Source: Candidatus Tagabacteria bacterium (GTDB lineage Bacteria > Patescibacteriota > Minisyncoccia > GCA-002779875). Taken from it: 64,000 bases of DNA. Below, in pieces: positions 1 to 8,127 of the stretch. Below the pieces are notes generated by a model. That model was not told the origin of the DNA. It saw nothing but the letters and a program-made list of their open reading frames with translations, and ran no database searches. Position 1 is the stretch's first letter; the number at the start of each line of letters is the position of its first letter. The DNA is taken from the NCBI GenBank assembly GCA_963820595.1, contig CAWGAO010000005.1, forward strand, positions 3,853 to 67,852, read 5' to 3'. The translations under genes were made by a program, and so were the position numbers.

Positions 1-1
1 T

Positions 2-313
2 ATTTTATCCGTTTATGGATTTCCGGGCATGGCAGGAAATTCAAGTTATGACCCGAGCCGCATCGCCAGCCAGATTGTCGTCGGTATCGGTTTTATCGGC
101 GCGGGCATGATTATTCTAAGAGAAAATAAAGTGGAAGGATTGACGACCGCGGCCAGCGTCTGGACAACGGCCGCTGTCGCGATGGCCGTGGGTTTTGGTT
201 TTTATTTTGTCGCCATTTTTACCGCTCTTTTAGTTCTTGGAGTTTTGGAGGCTCTCGGTTTCCTGATAAAGAGAAGGTCTCTTAGGAATAAGAATGAACA
301 AGAGCAATCTTAA
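2..313 (+). CDS. MgtC/SapB family membrane protein (5' end cut by window edge)
   Basis: Frame is open to position 2. DPSRIASQIVVGIGFIGAGMIL and GLTTAASVWTTAA motifs are typical of the MgtC family. Confidence 0.7.
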   Translation: MLSVYGFPGMAGNSSYDPSRIASQIVVGIGFIGAGMIILRENKVEGLTTAASVWTTAAVAMAVGFGFYFVAIFTALLVLGVLEALGFLIKRRSLRNKNEQEQS

Positions 314-1430
314 AGGTATCGGAATGCTTGTCGGGATGATTTTCGGGGCAGGCGTTTTCGTCTTGCCTTTTGCCGTTGTTAAGGCGGGGATTTTTTGGGG
401 AATTTTGCATTTTTTTTTGGCGTTGATCTTGGTGATTTTTCTTCATCTTTGGTACGGAGAAGTTGCTTATTTTACAGAAGGGAAACATTGCTTTACCGGC
501 TATGCAAAAATACTGATAGGGGAAAGAGCTAAGTGGCCCGCTTTTTTAATCACGATTTTTACCGATTACGGCGCCTTGCTCGTTTACGGCCTTTTAGGCG
601 GGATATTCTTGGCAAACTTTTTTCATTTGCCGCCGATTATTTTATCTATTTTTGTTTTTGCGGGCGGGAGCATTCTTGTTTTGTTCCACTTTGAAAAAGT
701 CGCCAGCATTAATTTTTATCTTACCGTCGCTCTTTCGGGAATGGTTGCGGTTCTTTTCGTGATTGCTCTCCCTTATATTAAAATAGCCAACTTCCCAGTC
801 GGCAATTTAAAATTTTCTTTTTCTTCCGATTGGTTTTTGCCTTACGGTATTTGGTTATTTTCTCTGGCGGGATTTTCCGTATTGCCGGAGGTGCGCGACA
901 TTTTTTCAAAATACCCTATAAAAAATCTGAAGAGAGTCATTTTAATCAGTCTTTCATTGTGCGCTCTTTTATATTTGATTTTTATTTTTACGATTGTGGG
1001 CGTTAGCGGGAGGTTAACGACCAAAGACGCGCTTACGGGTATGACTAAAATTTTAGGCAGCCCTGCGCTTATAATCGGTTCACTTTTCGGCTTTTTGGCA
1101 ATTTTCACTTCTTTTATCGCGCTTGGTGCAGATTTGAAAAACATTTTCCGTTACGATTTCCATTTTCCGAAATGGCTGGCGTGGCTTAGCGTTGTTGTTC
1201 CGCCAATTGCGCTTTTCCTTTCGGGCGCGAAAAACTTCGTCGGCATCCTGGGAGTAATCGGTTCAGTCGGCCTCGGCCTTATAGGTATTTTTATCATTTT
1301 GATGGTAAGAAAAATAAGGCAAAAACGCGGGGAGAACGGGAGATTTTTAATATTAAGTTCGGTTGTCGGCATTTTAATTATGGCGGGGGTAATTGCGGCG
1401 GTTATTTCCGAAGTGCAGTCTTTGTTTTAG
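294..1430 (+). CDS. polytopic amino-acid permease-like transporter (Trp/Tyr-permease or APC-like)
   Basis: 378-aa ORF with about 11 hydrophobic helices. The N-terminal GMLVGMIFGAGVFVLPFAV resembles amino-acid transporter signatures. It overlaps the upstream gene by 20 nt. Confidence 0.45.
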   Translation: MNKSNLKGIGMLVGMIFGAGVFVLPFAVVKAGIFWGILHFFLALILVIFLHLWYGEVAYFTEGKHCFTGYAKILIGERAKWPAFLITIFTDYGALLVYGLLGGIFLANFFHLPPIILSIFVFAGGSILVLFHFEKVASINFYLTVALSGMVAVLFVIALPYIKIANFPVGNLKFSFSSDWFLPYGIWLFSLAGFSVLPEVRDIFSKYPIKNLKRVILISLSLCALLYLIFIFTIVGVSGRLTTKDALTGMTKILGSPALIIGSLFGFLAIFTSFIALGADLKNIFRYDFHFPKWLAWLSVVVPPIALFLSGAKNFVGILGVIGSVGLGLIGIFIILMVRKIRQKRGENGRFLILSSVVGILIMAGVIAAVISEVQSLF

Positions 1431-1473
1431 TTTGTCTTGACCGGCAGGACTATTTTTGCTAGCCTCGCAGTAG

Positions 1474-1526
1474 GCCCGCCCGCTTGGACTTCGTCCATGC
1501 GAAGTCGGGCGGGCTAGTTTTGTTTC
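1474..1526 (+). terminator. rho-independent terminator-like hairpin
   Basis: GCCCGCCCG(cttg)GACTTCG-tccat-CGAAGTCGGGCGGGC followed by TAGTTTTGTTTC. Confidence 0.5.
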
Positions 1527-1691
1527 TTTGAAAATAAAAAAGAAGAGGAAAGAGGAGAAAATAATAGAAAGATCAAAATTCAGACCGGCAAATTCCGGGA
1601 AAAACCCGTCCGAAAAAATATCGCAGGAAAGTCTTAGTTTCCCAAAGAGATTAGTTGAATTTCTGAAAAAAGCGACGAATAGGAGGGAGGA

Positions 1692-2975
1692 ATGAAAATC
1701 ATCGAGCGAAATGCTTCATCTAGTAATCTCAAGATTATTTTGGCGCCGAGGGCGGGCGCAGAATCGGTAACTGGAATTTTTGCGGTTCGCGCAGGCAGTA
1801 AATACGAAACAACCGAGAATAAAGGAATCGCGCATTTTTGGGAACACATGTCGTTTAAGGGCACGCAAAAACGGCCAACGCCTTTGGACATTACGAAGGA
1901 AATAGAGGGGCGGGGCGGAGATTACAACGCTTTTACTTCGAAAGAAATGACTTGGTATTACATAAAAATTCTTCCTAAGTATCTGGAAGTTGTTTGCGAC
2001 GTTCTCTCCGATATACTGCTGAATTCCGTTATCGACCCGGCAGAAATCGAGAAAGAAAAAGGGGTTATTGTCCAAGAGATCATGAGAGGCCAAGACGACC
2101 CCGAAAATTATGTTATTTCAAAAATGTGGCCCGAATTGCTTTACGGAGACCAGCCTGCCGGTTGGGATATTCTTGGCACCGAAGAAAGCGTTAAAGCGAT
2201 GACCAGAGAAAATTTCACGGAATTTTTGGGAAATCTTTACACTGACGAAAACGCCGTATTCTGTTTAGCGGGGAAAATATCGGACGAAGAAAAAGCATTC
2301 GCCGCAGTTAGTAATTTTTTTTGTGGAATCAGAAAAGGGAAGCTAAAAATCATAAAGCAGCTGACGACCGAAAAGCAGGAAAAACCGGCTCTTCTTGTGA
2401 AAGTTCAAGATACCCAGCAGAGCCATATTGTTTTGGGGGTAAGGGCTTGTAATATCTTTGACCCCAGAAAATACATCTTTCAGGTGCTAGACATTATTCT
2501 GGGCGGAAATACCTGCTCCCGTCTCTTTACGGAAATCAGGGAAAAAAGGGGTTTGGCATATGGCGTATATTCTTTTTTAAGCTGGCAATCGGACATCGGC
2601 TATCTTGCTACATCAACTGGCGTTAATAAAGAAAAAGCGGAAGAAACTGTAAAGGTCATCATTGATGAATGTAAAAAGCTTTGCGACGCTAAAGTTTCCG
2701 ACGAGGAACTGCAAAGAGCGAAAGATTGTCTTATCAGTTCTTCGAAGATGGATATGGAATCTTCTTATGGCGTTGCTTCTTTTGTCGCCAGGCAATGGGT
2801 ATACTACGACAAGATTTTTCCTCTTTCGGAAATAGCAAAAAAAATAGAAGCGGTTACGGCCGAAGATGTACAGACGGTTGCGCGGGAAATTTTTATAGAC
2901 AAAGGGTTGAATTTGGCCATCATCGGTCCTCATGCCGGTATGGAAGAAGAATTTTTGAAAATTCTCAAATTTTAA
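1692..2975 (+). CDS. M16 (pitrilysin/insulinase) family zinc peptidase
   Basis: HxxEH motif (AHFWEHMSFKGT) near the N-terminus. 427 aa. AGGAGGGAGG Shine-Dalgarno directly upstream. Confidence 0.85.
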   Translation: MKIIERNASSSNLKIILAPRAGAESVTGIFAVRAGSKYETTENKGIAHFWEHMSFKGTQKRPTPLDITKEIEGRGGDYNAFTSKEMTWYYIKILPKYLEVVCDVLSDILLNSVIDPAEIEKEKGVIVQEIMRGQDDPENYVISKMWPELLYGDQPAGWDILGTEESVKAMTRENFTEFLGNLYTDENAVFCLAGKISDEEKAFAAVSNFFCGIRKGKLKIIKQLTTEKQEKPALLVKVQDTQQSHIVLGVRACNIFDPRKYIFQVLDIILGGNTCSRLFTEIREKRGLAYGVYSFLSWQSDIGYLATSTGVNKEKAEETVKVIIDECKKLCDAKVSDEELQRAKDCLISSSKMDMESSYGVASFVARQWVYYDKIFPLSEIAKKIEAVTAEDVQTVAREIFIDKGLNLAIIGPHAGMEEEFLKILKF

Positions 2976-2977
2976 TA

Positions 2978-3010
2978 AAAATCCCGCGAGATGCAATCTC
3001 GCGGGATTTT
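2978..3010 (+). terminator. rho-independent terminator
   Basis: AAATCCCGCGAG-atgcaat-CTCGCGGGATTTT immediately after the stop codon. Confidence 0.75.
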
Positions 3011-3012
3011 AC

Positions 3013-3041
3013 TTGCCCACCCCCGATTTTTATTGTAAACT
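3013..3041 (+). promoter_or_regulatory. candidate sigma70-type promoter
   Basis: TTGCCC-17 nt-TAAACT, 35 nt upstream of the 3076 ORF. Confidence 0.3.
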
Positions 3042-3075
3042 TAAAATAACTGCAAATCGTCGTTACTAAATTTTA

Positions 3076-4224
3076 ATGTATAGCCATATGAAAAAAATTT
3101 TACTTTTGCTAAGTCTGTGTGCGATTTTTTTTCCTGCCTCGTCATTTGCTGCTTATTTTAAGACGGGCAGCGGCGTGTTCGTAAACTCGTCGGAAACAAT
3201 ACGGGATAATGTCTACGTTGTAGGCGGAAACGTAGCCGTCTCAAGCGCGATAGACGGAGATATTTTTGCGGCAGGCAGCATGCTTTTCATTTCCGGCAAA
3301 GAGAATGGGGATATTACGGCGGTCGGCGGAACCGTAAATATTGCCGGCGCATCGGCTGAAGACATCCGTCTTATCGGAGGAAACGTGACCATAGGAGGAA
3401 ATTTTAGCGGCGAAGTCATGGTAATCGGAGGGCAAATTATGGTTACGCCGGATACGCAAATCAAGAAAGATTCGCATATAATCGGGGGAATGCTCAGTTT
3501 TAGCGGGAACGCATCGGGCAATTTATCCATGTCGGGCGGGACGATATACATAAACGGCACCATTGAAAAAAATTTGACGATCAAAACCGCAAAAAAAGTG
3601 GTAATCGGTTCAGGCGCGGTGATAAAAGGCAATTTGGAATATTCCGCCCTCTCGGAAGCTTCCATTGAAGAGGGTGCGCAAATACTCGGGATTACCACAT
3701 TTCACAAAATAGAAAAGGCGGGCGCCGGCAGAAATTCCGGTGCTGTGTTCGGATTTTTATTCGGATTATTCGCCTTGTCGTATTTAATTAAATTATTATT
3801 GATTCTTACTGCCACTTATCTTCTGTGGTATATCTGGAGAAAGGATTCGGCTGATATCGTTCGGTTGGCAAAATCGCATTTCGGCCATTCTCTTTTCCGG
3901 GGATTTGTTTTTCTCGTCGCCGTGCCGGCGGCGGCCATTATATCTCTTGTCACCGTTATCGGGGCGTTCGCCGGATTATTCGGCCTTCTGCTCTATGCGG
4001 CAATTCTTATTCTTGCCGTTCCGGTTGCGGTGTTGCTCGCAGCTTCTTTACTTATGAAAAATAGGGCTGATTTCAAGTGGTTCCATATTCTTCTCGGCGC
4101 GGTAGTGTTAATGGCGGTAAACATAATTCCTTTCGTTGGCTGGATTGCCGCGCTAATTGTGTATCTTGCCGCGTTGGGAGCACTGCTTGGCGTTTTACGG
4201 CCCAAATTCCAGCGTTCCGCCTGA
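3076..4224 (+). CDS. membrane protein with signal peptide, bactofilin-like (polymer-forming) beta-helical repeats and a C-terminal multi-TM region
   Basis: N-terminal MKKILLLLSLCAIFFPASSFA. Repeated G-x-V/I-x-I-x-G units (GDITAVGGTVNIAG, IRLIGGNVTIGG, VMVIGGQIMV). Four to five C-terminal hydrophobic helices. Confidence 0.45.
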   Translation: MYSHMKKILLLLSLCAIFFPASSFAAYFKTGSGVFVNSSETIRDNVYVVGGNVAVSSAIDGDIFAAGSMLFISGKENGDITAVGGTVNIAGASAEDIRLIGGNVTIGGNFSGEVMVIGGQIMVTPDTQIKKDSHIIGGMLSFSGNASGNLSMSGGTIYINGTIEKNLTIKTAKKVVIGSGAVIKGNLEYSALSEASIEEGAQILGITTFHKIEKAGAGRNSGAVFGFLFGLFALSYLIKLLLILTATYLLWYIWRKDSADIVRLAKSHFGHSLFRGFVFLVAVPAAAIISLVTVIGAFAGLFGLLLYAAILILAVPVAVLLAASLLMKNRADFKWFHILLGAVVLMAVNIIPFVGWIAALIVYLAALGALLGVLRPKFQRSA

Positions 4225-4296
4225 TGTTGTTCTAGTGAAGTCAAAAAGTAATTAAAAAATCACAAACCACTATTCTATCGATATCGGACATCGATA

Positions 4297-4368
4297 GGCC
4301 TGAACTTGGCCGTTGTCGGCCCGCATAAGGGTATAGAAGAGGAATTTTTGAAGACTCTCAAATTTTAA
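4297..4368 (+). pseudogene. orphan 3' fragment (23 codons plus stop) of an M16 peptidase gene
   Basis: Translates to GLNLAVVGPHKGIEEEFLKTLKF*, compared with GLNLAIIGPHAGMEEEFLKILKF* at the end of the 1692-2975 gene. 57/72 nt are identical. No upstream coding continuation. Confidence 0.65.
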
Positions 4369-4378
4369 AAAAATAAAA

Positions 4379-4401
4379 ATGCCGCGATTTAATCACGGCA
4401 T
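4379..4401. terminator. weak bidirectional hairpin between convergent genes
   Basis: ATGCCG-cgatttaatca-CGGCAT flanked by an A-run and a T-run. Confidence 0.4.
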
Positions 4402-4411
4402 TTCTGTATTT

Positions 4412-5629
4412 TTAATCTTTTTTAAAGACGCCGTTTTCGTAGATTACGACAGTGCCTCCGGTTTTGAGATGAGCGGTCATTTTTTTTCTTTCGGTATTTA
4501 TCAAATCCCAATGGATAGCTGAATCATTGAATCCGATTTCCTTTTTCATTTTTTTCGTCAGTTCTTTCGGGTTGCCGCTGTAAGTATCGGAATAACTTGC
4601 GCCTACGGCGATATGGCAATTGCCTTCTTCGCCTCCGACATTTTCGTCAAACAGGGTATGGGCCATAAATTTGCGAATGGGCGAAAATCTTTTGTCGGTA
4701 AAAGATATTTCTCCGATACGCCCTGCTCCTTTATCCGTTGCCAGCATCTTTTTGACGAATTCTTCTCCTATTTTTGCATTTATTCCTACGGCATTCCCTT
4801 TTTTAAAGACCAATCGGACACCCTCAACGTAATTTCCCATTACAAATGACGGCATGTTGGCGTAATAAATTCCTTTCGTTCCCCGCCAGTCGGGAGAAGT
4901 AAAGATTTCAAAACTGGGAATATTGTGTCCGCTTACTCCCAGCCACTTTCTTTTTGAGCCGGGCGTTATCATAAGGTCGGTATTTTCGGATTCAATATGG
5001 AGATGGTCAATGTCTTCTTCGAGTTCGTTCAGCCATGTTTTTATGGCGATGCTTTCTTTGTATAATTTTTCCCATTCGGTTACCGGATTTTCCTTATCCA
5101 GATAACAGGCCCTGATAATCTCTTCGCCGTATTCTTCGACACTCATATTGGCTTTTTCCGCCAGGGCTTTGGTCGGCATCATGCAAAGAGTCCAGCCGAA
5201 TTCTCCCTTTTCCTCTCGTTTATTTCTGATTGTACATAAGAGTTTACCGACCCTTGCCGTAACGGCAAATTTCTTCGGGTCAATGCTCGATAAATGGGTA
5301 AGCGAAGCCGGCGCTCCTAGCCAGATAGAACCGTTCAAATGCTTGTAAAGTGTTTTATTCCAGGGCGCCAAAAATTTCAGCTGTTCTTCATTCGCCACGT
5401 CAAAAAAATCAAACTCCATTTTCGGAGTGTCGTCCATTTTCATTACTACATGAAATCCTTTTTCCAGCAGTTTCCGGTGTAAAATTTCGGCTAATTTCAG
5501 AGAATCGAGCTCGTAGCGAACAATAATAATGTCGCCCTTTTTGAATTCGCCACCCGTGGTTTTTCTGGCCGTTTCCAATCCCCAAATCAGGACGTCGGCA
5601 TATTTATTCAGTACGGTTTCGTCAAACAT
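4412..5629 (-). CDS. M29 family aminopeptidase (AmpS/PepS-like)
   Basis: 405-aa ORF with overall resemblance to thermophilic metalloaminopeptidase family M29 (from memory, not searched). GAAAGGAG SD upstream. Confidence 0.6.
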   Translation of the reverse strand: MFDETVLNKYADVLIWGLETARKTTGGEFKKGDIIIVRYELDSLKLAEILHRKLLEKGFHVVMKMDDTPKMEFDFFDVANEEQLKFLAPWNKTLYKHLNGSIWLGAPASLTHLSSIDPKKFAVTARVGKLLCTIRNKREEKGEFGWTLCMMPTKALAEKANMSVEEYGEEIIRACYLDKENPVTEWEKLYKESIAIKTWLNELEEDIDHLHIESENTDLMITPGSKRKWLGVSGHNIPSFEIFTSPDWRGTKGIYYANMPSFVMGNYVEGVRLVFKKGNAVGINAKIGEEFVKKMLATDKGAGRIGEISFTDKRFSPIRKFMAHTLFDENVGGEEGNCHIAVGASYSDTYSGNPKELTKKMKKEIGFNDSAIHWDLINTERKKMTAHLKTGGTVVIYENGVFKKD

Positions 5630-5668
5630 CTGTTTTTTCTCCTTTCAAACAACTAATAATCTGCGCGA

Positions 5669-5696
5669 ATTATAGCAAACAGTCAACTTTTGGCAA
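5669..5696 (-). promoter_or_regulatory. candidate promoter for the aminopeptidase gene
   Basis: On the minus strand: TTGCCA-16 nt-TATAAT, about 35 nt upstream of the SD/ATG. Confidence 0.45.
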
Positions 5697-5743
5697 GATT
5701 TGTGATATTCTTAAAATAATGCGTATCATTGCCGACCCCGCCC

Positions 5744-5840
5744 TAATTTTACGAGGTAGAACCATAGCGAGACGCTTCGCGCAAAAGGCCTGCCTGCCGG
5801 CAGGCAGGGATGCGCTATTCGCGCCCGCGCCTCGCGAGAC
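5744..5840. repeat. partial copy (H) of the GC-rich palindromic element core
   Basis: About 88% identical by eye to the reverse complement of 15197-15302. Contains ACCCCGCCCTAATTTTAC and the 20-bp perfect palindrome CCTGCCTGCCGGCAGGCAGG (5789-5808). Confidence 0.85.
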
Positions 5841-5920
5841 AGAATTAAGTTTCATTTTTTTTGTTTAAATTCAAATCCGTTTCCAACGGTAAAATTAAAG
5901 CGGGATTAAAGATTTTATTT

Positions 5921-7156
5921 ATGAAATTAATTGCCGACTTTCATATTCATTCAAAATATTCGCGGGCGGTTTCTCAAGATATGACCTTGGAGAATCTTGA
6001 TATTTGGGCGCGGAAAAAAGGAATTCAGGTGATGGGCACGGGCGATTTCACTCATCCCGCATTGGTTTAATGACATTAAAACAAAACTCGAACCGGCGGA
6101 GCCCGGACTTTAATCCGATATCCTAAAGTCGAACGAAGCGTCGGGACTAAATCAGACTTCGACGCGTTTTATGCTTACGGTCGAGATTTCCAGCATTTAT
6201 TCAAAAGGCGGAAAAGTACGGCGCGTGCATAATATTATTTTCTGCTCCATCTATTGAAACTGCGGAAAAAATTAATACAACTTTATCTTTAATCGGTAAT
6301 ATAAAAAGCGACGGCCGGCCTATTTTAGGCCTTGATTCGAAAAAACTTCTTCAGATAATTCTTGGAATTGACCCGAGATGCGTTTTAGTGCCAGCCCACG
6401 CCTGGACGCCGTGGTTTTCAATATTCGGCTCGATGTCCGGGTTCGATTCTATCGAAGAATGTTTTGAGGAATTGAGCGGAAACATTTTTGCCATTGAAAC
6501 AGGGCTTTCGTCGGACCCGGCAATGAATTGGCGGCTTTCAAAACTGGACAAAATCGCGCTAATTTCCAATTCCGATTCCCATTCGCCGCAAAAAATCGGC
6601 AGGGAAGCGAATGTTTTTGACTGCGAACTTTCCTATGACGGGATAATTGATGCAATCAAATCTCATGACCCTGAAAAATTTCTTTTCACTATTGAATTTT
6701 TCCCCGAAGAAGGAAAATATCATTACGACGGCCACCGGGCTCTGCAACGTTTCGATGTCGCCGGAAGAAACCAAAAAAAACAAAGGCATTTGTCCCGTTT
6801 GCCATCGGCCTTTGACTATCGGCGTTTTGTATCGGGTTGATCAAGTTGGCCGACAGACCGGTTGGAGAAGGCGGAAACGGAAAAATTCCTTTTCGAAATC
6901 TGATTCCTTTGAATGAAATTATAGCCGACATTTTTGGATTTGGCGTCGCTTCAATGGCAATTAGAAAGGAATACGAAAAACTTATCAACGCCGTCGGGAA
7001 TGAGTTCAAAATTTTACTGGATGCCGATTATCAGACGCTTAGCAGGGTAACTTCGCTGGCTATCGCCAGGGCATCGTCAGCGTACGCGAAGGGAAAGTCG
7101 AACTGATTCCCGGCTACGACGGCGAATACGGTAAAATTAAAATGTTTAAAGGATGA
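5921..7156 (+). pseudogene. endonuclease Q-like PHP-domain nuclease, multiply frameshifted
   Basis: Pieces lie in three frames. They are MKLIADFHIHSKYSRAVS..GTGDFTHP (5921-6070), PAHAWTPWFSIFGS..SDSHSP..GKYHYDGHRA (6388-6840), CPVCHRPLTIGVLYRV, 6837-7106, and the C-terminal IPGYDGEYGKIKMFKG* (TGA 7154-7156). At least 5 frame changes. Confidence 0.7.
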
Positions 7157-7198
7157 GAAGGAAAAAACAACCAGTCCCATCAATCCCGCCTCTTTTAG

Positions 7199-7394
7199 AA
7201 AAATAAGGAGCCCCGACGTAAGGCGGGACGACTATATTTTTCTTACCCCCTCACTCAAATTTTCATTTAGTTCCTAAGTAATTATTAAATTTAAAAATTA
7301 ATACTCGATTAAAAATGATTTTTTTGAGATAATTTTGATTATGAGTGAGGGGGTGCTCAAAATTATTATTCACTAACGTTCATATAATTTTGGC
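7199..7394 (+). repeat. modular palindromic intergenic element, copy A (M + long C5/G5 stem + M')
   Basis: M is GAAAAATAAGGAGC-ccgacgtaaggcggga-CGACTATATTTTTC (7199-7242). The stem is CCCCCTCACTCA (7246-7257) paired with TGAGTGAGGGGG (7342-7353). M' (7354-7394) ends at the ATG at 7395. Confidence 0.9.
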
Positions 7395-8054
7395 ATGAAT
7401 ATAAAAAAGTTTTTCTTGCCGATAAATAAAATTATTAAGGTTTTGATGTTGTCCGACTTTATTATTATTTCGGCTTTTGGGTTTGTGGCGCCGATTTTTG
7501 CCCTTTTTCTTACCGATAAAATTCAAGGCGGAACGATAGAAACCGTCGGTTATGCCGCGGCTATTTATTGGGTTGCGGCAGTTTTAACCCGTTTGCCTAT
7601 TGCCAGACGTATAGATAAAACCAAATCGGAAAAAGATGACTTCTATTTTATGATTTTCGGCTCTATTTTGATTGCTGTCGTGCCTTTTCTTTGGATTTTT
7701 AGCACTAAAATTTGGCATATTTATTGCATTGAAGCGCTTTACGGTTTGGGATATTCTTTGCGTCTTCCGGGTTGGTATGGTATGTTTACCCGCCATATCG
7801 ATAAGGGTCACGAAGGTTACGAATGGAGTTTCGATTCTTTGGTGTCCGGTGTCGGTTCCGGCATTACGGCGGCTTTGGGCGGAATTATGGCTGCAAGGAT
7901 GGGTTTCAATGCTTTATTCATTGTTATCGGAGCTCTTTCGATTATCGGTTCGGCTGTTTTAATTTTTCTTTATTATATCGTCGAGCCGGATCACCGGCGC
8001 AATGATAATATTCCGGGTTTAAGTTTAAATAATGATGGAGATAAAAAACAATAG
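7395..8054 (+). CDS. six-TM MFS-like half-size transporter
   Basis: 219 aa with six hydrophobic helices. The loop motif RLPIARRIDK resembles the MFS D-R-x-G-R-K-type loop. Confidence 0.4.
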   Translation: MNIKKFFLPINKIIKVLMLSDFIIISAFGFVAPIFALFLTDKIQGGTIETVGYAAAIYWVAAVLTRLPIARRIDKTKSEKDDFYFMIFGSILIAVVPFLWIFSTKIWHIYCIEALYGLGYSLRLPGWYGMFTRHIDKGHEGYEWSFDSLVSGVGSGITAALGGIMAARMGFNALFIVIGALSIIGSAVLIFLYYIVEPDHRRNDNIPGLSLNNDGDKKQ

Positions 8055-8069
8055 GAACCCGGCTCATCT

Positions 8070-8098
8070 TTGCGAATAAGAAAATAAAATAGTATACT
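8070..8098 (+). promoter_or_regulatory. candidate promoter
   Basis: TTGCGA-17 nt-TATACT, 30 nt upstream of the ATG at 8128. Confidence 0.4.
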
Positions 8099-8127
8099 AT
8101 TTTATATCCTCATTAATTAATCATTTT

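Noticed and set aside
5670-5855. 61-aa minus-strand ORF (..GAGANSASLPAGRQAFCAKR..)
   Set aside because: It is the translation of the GC-rich palindromic repeat core. The same sequence occurs in both orientations at 15197-15302. It has no SD or start context.
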